Assembly: GCA_027625125.1 (NCBI GenBank)
Contig: JAQBXG010000001.1
Location: 1 to 30,423, forward strand
Source: Pseudomonadota bacterium
Lineage (GTDB): Bacteria; Pseudomonadota; Alphaproteobacteria; UBA2966; CAIVPW01
DNA: 30,423 nt
Direction: 5' to 3'
Shown here: positions 24,494 through 30,423 of the stretch, one piece after another
Layout: each line of letters opens with the position of its first letter
Numbering within the stretch: position 1 is the first letter of the stretch
Program-made: the position numbers and the translations under genes
The notes under the pieces: generated by a model
Database searches by the model: none
What the model saw: only the letters and a program-made list of their open reading frames with translations
Told to the model about the DNA's origin: nothing

Positions 24494-26887
24494 CTAGTAA
24501 AGTCCGCGGCGGCGCGCGTCGGTGAAGGTGATGAATCCGTCGTCGAGGATCAGGGCGTTTTCCAGCCCCGGCTCGGTCCCCGGCCGGAAGGCCTCCAGAA
24601 TCACCTGCTCGTCGCCGGGGCGCGCCAGTTCACCGGTCTCGGCATTGATCCGCACCAGGCGCACACTGGGCGGAATCCGGAATGGAACGGCGGGCTTGCC
24701 GCGCAATGCCTCGTCCATGAAATCACGGAACACCGGCGCCGCCGCCGAGGCCCCTTGCTCATACGGCCCCATGGTTCCGGGCTCGTCAAAGCCGACAAAC
24801 ACGCCGACCGCAAGGTCCGGTGAGAAACCCAGGAACCAGGCGTCGATCGAATCATTCGTCGTTCCGGTTTTCCCGGCCAGCGGCTTGCCGACCGAGGCGA
24901 CCGTGCGGCCGGTACCGCGCTGCACGACCCCTTCCATCATCGAAACAAGCTGATACGCCGTCGAGTCCGCCAGCACCCGCGCCCGGTTGTCCGGCACGAC
25001 CGGCGGCGCCTGACTCGCCCACGCGGTTTGCGCGCAGTTTGGACAAACCCGCGTGTCGTGTTGGAAAACCGTGTTGCCATAGCGATCCTGCACGCGATCG
25101 ATCAACGCCGGTGTGATCGCATGACCGCCGTTGACGATCATCGCGTAGGCGGCAGTCAACCGCATCAGCGTCGTTTCGCCTGCGCCGAGCGCCATCGACA
25201 GCACCCGCGGCATCTCGTCGGTCACGTTCATGCGCTCGGCATATTCGGCCACGATATCTATGCCGATGTGCTGCGCCATGCGCACCGTCATCAGATTGCG
25301 GGACTTCTCGATTCCCAGCCGCAGCGTGCTCGGACCATAGAATTCCTGCGAATAGTTCGCGGGCTTCCATTTCGGCAGACCCGGACCCTGGTCGACCACG
25401 AATGGCGCATCCAGCACTAGCGTCGCCGGGGTGAATCCGTGCTCCAGCGCCGCGGCATAGACGATCGGCTTGAACGCCGACCCCGGCTGCCGGATCGCCT
25501 GGATGGCGCGATTGAATTCGCTCGATTCGAAGCTGTACCCGCCGACCATCGCCAGCACCCGGCCGGTGTGGGGATCGAGCGCCACCAGCGCGCCTTCGAT
25601 GTCGGAAATCTGGTGGAGCCCAAACATCCCGACCTCGTCGCGCACCTCGGCAATGACGACGTCCCCGGGGGTCAACACGTCGGTCGCCGCAACGGGCGCG
25701 GCGCCAACGCGCTGGCCCTCGCGCCACGGGCGCGCCCATTCCAGTTCCGCCATCGGAATCGTGCCCTGGCCGCCGTCGGCAAAGCCGATGACAGCGCCCT
25801 CGGGCGTCACCTCCAGCACCGCCGCCAGCCAGCGGCCGGGGCCCAAGTCCGGCGGCGGCGGAATCTCGGAAAGACGCCCGGCCCACCGCAACCCGACCCC
25901 TTCTAGCCGCGTGACCGGTCCGCGCCAGCCGTGGCGGCGGTCGTACGCTTCCAGTCCCTGGCGCAACACCCGCGTCGCCAGTTCCTGCAAACGCGGGTCC
26001 AGTGTCGTCCGCACCGACAAGCCGCCGCCGTACAGCCGGTCGCTGCCGTACCTTTCCATCAATTGCCGGCGAACTTCCTCGGCGAAATAGGCGCCGTCGA
26101 ACACTTCGGTCTCGGTCCGCGGCTGGATACGAAACGGCGTCGCCGCTGCCGCCTCCGCCTCGAACGGCGTGATGTATCCCTCCGCCAGCATGCGGCCGAT
26201 GACCCAGTCGCGCCGCGCCCGCGCCGCCTCGGGGCGGCGGATCGGATTATAGTTGGTCGGCGCCTTCGGCAACGCCGCCAGGTATGCCGCTTCGGCTACC
26301 GTCAGCGCATCCAGCGGCTTGTCGAAATAGTTCAGCGCTGCGGCCGCGACGCCATAGGACCCGTACCCCAGATAGATCTCGTTCAGGTACAACTCCAGAA
26401 TACGGTTCTTCGTGAGCGCCCGTTCGATCCGCAACGACAGAATGGCCTCACGGATTTTCCGCGTCAGCGCCACTTCCTTGTCCAGCAGAAAGATCTGCGC
26501 GACCTGCTGGGTGATCGTCGACGCGCCGATCGGCCGGCGGTCGTCGCCCACGTTTTGCAGGTTCGTCAGGGCCGCGCGAACAATCGCCAGCGGGTCGATT
26601 CCGGGATGGACAAAAAAATTCTCGTCCTCGGCGGCGACAAATGCGTCGATGACGCGCTGCGGAATGGCGGTGACGGGAACGAACACCCGCGGCTCGCGGG
26701 CAAACTCAGTCAGCAGCCGCCCGTCACCGGCATGGACCCGGGTCATCGTCGGCGGCTCATAGGTCGCCAGCATGTCGTGGGGCGGCAGATCGCGGCCGAA
26801 CGCATAAAACACATATGCGGCGCCGCCCGCCGTCGCGAGCACAGCGATGAACAGCAACGCGAAGACAGTGCCGAAAAACCGGACCAT
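24494..26887 (-). CDS. mrcA: Penicillin-binding protein 1A (class A PBP), ~797 aa
   Basis: TM anchor; GT51 motifs EDENF, GASTITQQ, RKIRE, ELYLN; transpeptidase SAFK, SRN, KTG. ATG 26887 with GGAGG upstream. Confidence 0.95.
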   Translation of the reverse strand: MVRFFGTVFALLFIAVLATAGGAAYVFYAFGRDLPPHDMLATYEPPTMTRVHAGDGRLLTEFAREPRVFVPVTAIPQRVIDAFVAAEDENFFVHPGIDPLAIVRAALTNLQNVGDDRRPIGASTITQQVAQIFLLDKEVALTRKIREAILSLRIERALTKNRILELYLNEIYLGYGSYGVAAAALNYFDKPLDALTVAEAAYLAALPKAPTNYNPIRRPEAARARRDWVIGRMLAEGYITPFEAEAAAATPFRIQPRTETEVFDGAYFAEEVRRQLMERYGSDRLYGGGLSVRTTLDPRLQELATRVLRQGLEAYDRRHGWRGPVTRLEGVGLRWAGRLSEIPPPPDLGPGRWLAAVLEVTPEGAVIGFADGGQGTIPMAELEWARPWREGQRVGAAPVAATDVLTPGDVVIAEVRDEVGMFGLHQISDIEGALVALDPHTGRVLAMVGGYSFESSEFNRAIQAIRQPGSAFKPIVYAAALEHGFTPATLVLDAPFVVDQGPGLPKWKPANYSQEFYGPSTLRLGIEKSRNLMTVRMAQHIGIDIVAEYAERMNVTDEMPRVLSMALGAGETTLMRLTAAYAMIVNGGHAITPALIDRVQDRYGNTVFQHDTRVCPNCAQTAWASQAPPVVPDNRARVLADSTAYQLVSMMEGVVQRGTGRTVASVGKPLAGKTGTTNDSIDAWFLGFSPDLAVGVFVGFDEPGTMGPYEQGASAAAPVFRDFMDEALRGKPAVPFRIPPSVRLVRINAETGELARPGDEQVILEAFRPGTEPGLENALILDDGFITFTDARRRGLY

Positions 26888-27006
26888 GCCGACCAGGCCC
26901 TCCGGGGGCCGCCGGATTCGAAGGAATCCGAGTTTCTTGAAACAATATGTCCGAAGTATGACCCGCCGCAAGTTTTGCTCCGGCAATCGCGCCGGGGGAG
27001 AATGGG

Positions 27007-28203
27007 TCAACCGGGCAGCGCCCCGAAATATTCGTCCACGGCCCGCACCACCGCCGCGATGATCGGCCGCCGCGCGCTCGGGCTGTTCAGCGCACTTTCA
27101 TCGCGGGCATTCGACAGGTACCCCAGTTCCACCAGTACCGACGGCACGTCGGGCGCCTTCAGCACGGCAAATCCGGCGAACCGGTGGGTGTTCCGCAACA
27201 GCCGCCAGTTGGCGGCGAACTCGGGAATCAATACATTCGCAAACGTCGCGGACAGGTTCATCGTCTCCCGTTGCGCCAGACTGATCAGAATCGCCGCGAC
27301 GTCGTCGTCCTGCCCGCGCAGATCCAGTCCGCCGATCGCGTCGGCGCGATTTTCCTTGGCCGCCAGGTCGGCGGCCTCCTTGTCGGACGCCGTTTCCGAA
27401 AGCGTATAGACACTGGCCCCGCGCACGTTGGGCGAATCGAGCGAATCGGCGTGCAACGACAGGAACAGCTCGGCCCCGGCCCGACGGGCAATCGCAACCC
27501 GCTCGCGCAGCGCGACAAACCGGTCCCGCTCCCGCGTCAACACGACCGCATAGCGGCCGGTCGCCTCCAACGCGTCGCGCAACTCCATGCTGATCGCCAG
27601 GGTGATGTCCTTTTCGCGGGTGCCGGTGACGCCCAAGGCGCCGGGATCGACGCCGCCGTGACCGGGGTCCAGCGCCACGACGATCTTGCCCCGCGGCCGC
27701 ACGGCGGCGATTTCGACGGATGGCGCGGTGACTTGCGGCGGTGGCGCATCGGCGACGAATCCGGCCGCGTTGACCGGCTGCAAGTCCAGCACCAGGCGAT
27801 AGCGCGAGACGGCGCCGGGCGGCAGCAGGAATGCGTTCGTCACGACCGCGGGCGCTTCCAGGTCCAGCACCACCCGCGACGTATCATCATCGAAACGGCC
27901 GAATCGATAGCGGGCCACCACCCCTCTGCCGCGGCCGCCCTCGCCCGCCGCCAGGCCCCAGTAGACCACCGGCAGATCGATGACGATGCGGTACGGGTTG
28001 TCGAGGGCAAAGACCGTGAATGCCACTGCCTCGGTCAGGTCCAGGACCAGACGGGTCGCGCCGCCCTGGTCCCCCAGGCGAACGTCGGTGACGGTTGGCT
28101 GGGACGCCGCCGGCGCAGCAGCCAGACTCAGGACCGCCGCCGCCCCCAGCGCGACCAGCGCGGCCCTTGCGCTGGTGCGAAGACCCGTAGACCGTTCGCG
28201 CAC
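27007..28203 (-). CDS. amiC: N-acetylmuramoyl-L-alanine amidase (AMIN + Amidase_3), ~398 aa
   Basis: Signal peptide ending PAAS, AMIN domain (TRLVLDL, PYRIVIDLP), DPGHGG, EKDITL, SLHADS, VELGYLSN. Start GTG 28203 is inferred; the track's 28737 start is not credible. Confidence 0.9.
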   Translation of the reverse strand: MRERSTGLRTSARAALVALGAAAVLSLAAAPAASQPTVTDVRLGDQGGATRLVLDLTEAVAFTVFALDNPYRIVIDLPVVYWGLAAGEGGRGRGVVARYRFGRFDDDTSRVVLDLEAPAVVTNAFLLPPGAVSRYRLVLDLQPVNAAGFVADAPPPQVTAPSVEIAAVRPRGKIVVALDPGHGGVDPGALGVTGTREKDITLAISMELRDALEATGRYAVVLTRERDRFVALRERVAIARRAGAELFLSLHADSLDSPNVRGASVYTLSETASDKEAADLAAKENRADAIGGLDLRGQDDDVAAILISLAQRETMNLSATFANVLIPEFAANWRLLRNTHRFAGFAVLKAPDVPSVLVELGYLSNARDESALNSPSARRPIIAAVVRAVDEYFGALPG

Positions 28204-28308
28204 CAAGACCCTGTCCCTACCTCCATCTAGTGGTGCAAGACCCGTGACTCCACAAGATATAACCCGGCGTTCGCGTTTTGGGCAACGATGCCCTGCCGGG
28301 ATTTTGCT

Positions 28309-28337
28309 TTGCGGAAATCTCCGGTCGTGCCTATATA
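28309..28337 (+). promoter_or_regulatory. Candidate sigma70 promoter of rne
   Basis: TTGCGG (28309-28314), 17-nt spacer, TATATA (28332-28337). The -10 lies inside the perfect palindrome GCCTATATAGGC (28329-28340). Confidence 0.5.
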
Positions 28338-28343
28338 GGCATC

Positions 28344-28612
28344 GCGAACCTCCGCAGCCGGTTCGCTGACCCCGAGACGGGGGCACGCGGCGGCGGGGTG
28401 GAACCAGGCATGTCCGGCTGATTTTCGGTCTGCCGCCACCCGCGCGAAAGGCAAGGCGGAGTAAACGAGGAACCGAAGCCCCACCCGGCGCAGCCGGGAC
28501 GGCAGCCTGTCGGTGATGAGACCGCGCGATGTGGCGCCCGAAGGCTTCGCACATACAGCGGCGGCGTCGCGCACCCAGTTCGCGGGAGCGCGGCCCGTCA
28601 CGGAGAAGTACA
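28344..28612 (+). promoter_or_regulatory. Inferred long structured 5' UTR of rne (~270 nt)
   Basis: No credible CDS between the candidate promoter and ATG 28613. Stems include ATGTG(G)CG/CGCACAT (28529-28554) and CACCG/CGGTG (28482-28515). Confidence 0.4.
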
Positions 28613-30423
28613 ATGGCAACCAGACTACTGGTTGACGCCGCCCACCCCGAGGAAACCCGGGTCGTCGTTGTAAGCGGCACACGGCTGGACGAATTCGATT
28701 TCGAATCCGCCACCAGGAAACAGCTCAAGGGCAACATCTACCTCGCCAAGGTGACGCGGGTCGAACCGTCGTTGCAGGCGGCGTTTGTCGAATACGGCGG
28801 CAACCGCCACGGCTTCCTGGCTTTCGGCGACATCCATCCCGACTACTACCAGATCCCGGTCGCCGACCGGCAAAAGGTCCAGGCCGAACGCGCCGCCGAA
28901 GAAGCGGCCCAGGGGCGGGCCGAAGAGGCTGCGGCGGAATCCCAAAGCCGGATCGAAGCGGTCTATATCGACGCGGCGCCGGAACCACCGCAACGCCCCG
29001 ACAGTCCCGACAGTCCCGACGGCGACGGCGATGCCCCCGGCCAGCCGGAAACCGTCGGCGGCGACGACCTCGAGGATTTGCGGCCCCGCCGCGAAGTCCG
29101 CCGCTACAAGATTCAGGAAGTCATCAAGCGCCGCCAGGTGCTGCTGGTCCAGGTTGTCAAGGAAGAGCGCGGCACCAAAGGCGCGGCGCTGACCACCTAC
29201 CTCAGTCTCGCCGGCCGCTATTGCGTGCTGATGCCCAACACCGCCCGTGGCGGCGGCGTATCGCGCAAGATCGCCAACACCAAGGACCGCAGCAGGCTCC
29301 GTGACATCATCGGCGGGCTCGAAGTTCCGCCGGGCATGGGCCTGATCGTTCGCACGGCGGGCCAGCAACGGACAAAGGCGGATATCCGCCGCGACTATGA
29401 CTACCTGCTCCGGGTCTGGAATTCGGTCCGCGAACTGACCCTGCAATCGGTCGCGCCGACGATGGTCTACGAAGAGGCCAACCTGATCAAACGGGCAATC
29501 CGCGACCTCTACTCCAATGAAATCGACGAGGTCCTGGTCGAGGGCGACGAAGGCTACAAGGCCGCCAAGGGCATCATGAAGATGCTGATGCCCAGCCACG
29601 CCAAGCGGGTGCAAAAATACGAGGACCGCATTCCGCTGTTCCATCGCTACCAGGTCGAACAACAGCTCGACCTGATGCACAGCCCGACGGTGCAGTTGCG
29701 TTCCGGCGGCTACATCGTACTCAATTCGACCGAGGCGCTGGTCGCCATCGACGTGAACTCCGGGCGCTCGACCAGCGAGCGCAACATCGAGGCGACGGCG
29801 CTGAAAACGAACCTCGAGGCGGCCGAAGAAGTCGCGCGGCAATTGCGTTTGCGCGACCTCGCCGGGCTTGTCGTCATCGACTTCATCGACATGGATGTGT
29901 CGCGAAACAATCGCGCCGTCGTCCGCAAGCTCAAGGATTCGCTGAAGGGCGACCGCGCCCGCATCCAGTTGGGACGCATCAGCGCCTTCGGGCTGCTCGA
30001 ACTGTCCCGGCAGCGCATGCGGCCGAGCCTGTTGGAAACCAGCTCGAACCCCTGCCCGACCTGCGGCGGCATCGGACTCGTGCGGTCCACCGAATCCTCG
30101 GCCCTGCATGTGATGCGGGTCATCGAGGACGAAGGCATTCGCGGCCCGGCGCATCTGGCGGTCGGCGTGCCGCCGGCGGTGGCAATGTATCTGCTCAATC
30201 AAAAGCGCGCGTCCCTCGGCGATCTCGAAACCCGCTTTCGCATCCGCATCTCGATCCTGCCCGACCCGAACTTGATTCCCCCGGCCCACACCCTTGAACG
30301 CACGGTGATTGCAGAAGCCGCACCGGTCGCGTCCGACGGCCGGTCGGCCGAACATCACGCCGCCCCGGATTCCGAACCGGACGATGTCGATGAAGCGATC
30401 GAGCCGGTCGACGACATCGAAGC
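28613..30423 (+). CDS. rne: Ribonuclease E, 5' part (runs off the window end; absent from the ORF track)
   Basis: ATG 28613: MATRLLVDAAHPEETRVVVV...KGNIYLAKVTRVEPSLQAAFVEYGGNRHGFL; S1 insertion; AIDVNSG and VIDFIDM catalytic Asp motifs; CPTC Zn-link; acidic tail begins near 30300. Confidence 0.97.
   Translation, partial: MATRLLVDAAHPEETRVVVVSGTRLDEFDFESATRKQLKGNIYLAKVTRVEPSLQAAFVEYGGNRHGFLAFGDIHPDYYQIPVADRQKVQAERAAEEAAQGRAEEAAAESQSRIEAVYIDAAPEPPQRPDSPDSPDGDGDAPGQPETVGGDDLEDLRPRREVRRYKIQEVIKRRQVLLVQVVKEERGTKGAALTTYLSLAGRYCVLMPNTARGGGVSRKIANTKDRSRLRDIIGGLEVPPGMGLIVRTAGQQRTKADIRRDYDYLLRVWNSVRELTLQSVAPTMVYEEANLIKRAIRDLYSNEIDEVLVEGDEGYKAAKGIMKMLMPSHAKRVQKYEDRIPLFHRYQVEQQLDLMHSPTVQLRSGGYIVLNSTEALVAIDVNSGRSTSERNIEATALKTNLEAAEEVARQLRLRDLAGLVVIDFIDMDVSRNNRAVVRKLKDSLKGDRARIQLGRISAFGLLELSRQRMRPSLLETSSNPCPTCGGIGLVRSTESSALHVMRVIEDEGIRGPAHLAVGVPPAVAMYLLNQKRASLGDLETRFRIRISILPDPNLIPPAHTLERTVIAEAAPVASDGRSAEHHAAPDSEPDDVDEAIEPVDDIE

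Noticed and set aside
26913-26930. Hairpin CGGATTC/GAATCCG upstream of PBP1A as an sRNA or riboswitch
   Set aside because: A single 7-bp stem with no recognisable aptamer; insufficient evidence.
28204-28737. N-terminal extension of AmiC through the rne leader and start
   Set aside because: The signal peptide starts near 28203; the extension overlaps rne antisense and has no motif.
28625-30358. 577-aa minus-strand ORF
   Set aside because: Antisense shadow of RNase E, which carries all the conserved motifs.
1-30423. tRNA/rRNA genes, IS or integrase genes, prophage, CtrA boxes (TTAA-N7-TTAA) at amiC or the M23 gene
   Set aside because: None seen by eye; intergenic gaps are short and accounted for. 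tRNAscan, Infernal and motif scans were not run.

Overview
High-GC alphaproteobacterial core-chromosome segment (Rhodospirillales-like gene order, by inference). It has no tRNA/rRNA, transposase, integrase or CRISPR array that I can support. Left to right: the 3' end of a probable DEAD-box helicase; a complete minus-strand cysE-iscR-(NifS-like desulfurase)-iscS-iscU-iscA-hscB-hscA-fdx-iscX operon; a divergent alpha/beta hydrolase and tyrS, with an IscR-type operator between them and cysE; a YhdP/AsmA-like bridge protein; glnE; bcp; an LmdC-like M23 peptidase overlapping a bactofilin gene; a 2OG-Fe(II) oxygenase; prfB with its +1 frameshift; a PAS hybrid histidine kinase; PBP1A; AmiC; and the 5' part of RNase E. 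The most unusual structure is at the cell-shape locus. Upstream of the M23-bactofilin pair is a TTG start whose strong Shine-Dalgarno is locked in a hairpin, followed by an 8-unit 13/14-bp tandem repeat with four G5 tracts. Stop codons are placed so that every repeat phase delivers ribosomes to the M23 start. The M23 protein also has a coiled-coil stalk built from exact 49-aa repeats, and the YhdP-like protein has an apparent ~137-aa module duplication, so two envelope-spanning proteins appear lengthened. Several starts were moved downstream of the ORF-track calls, and many long ORF-track entries are GC shadow frames.
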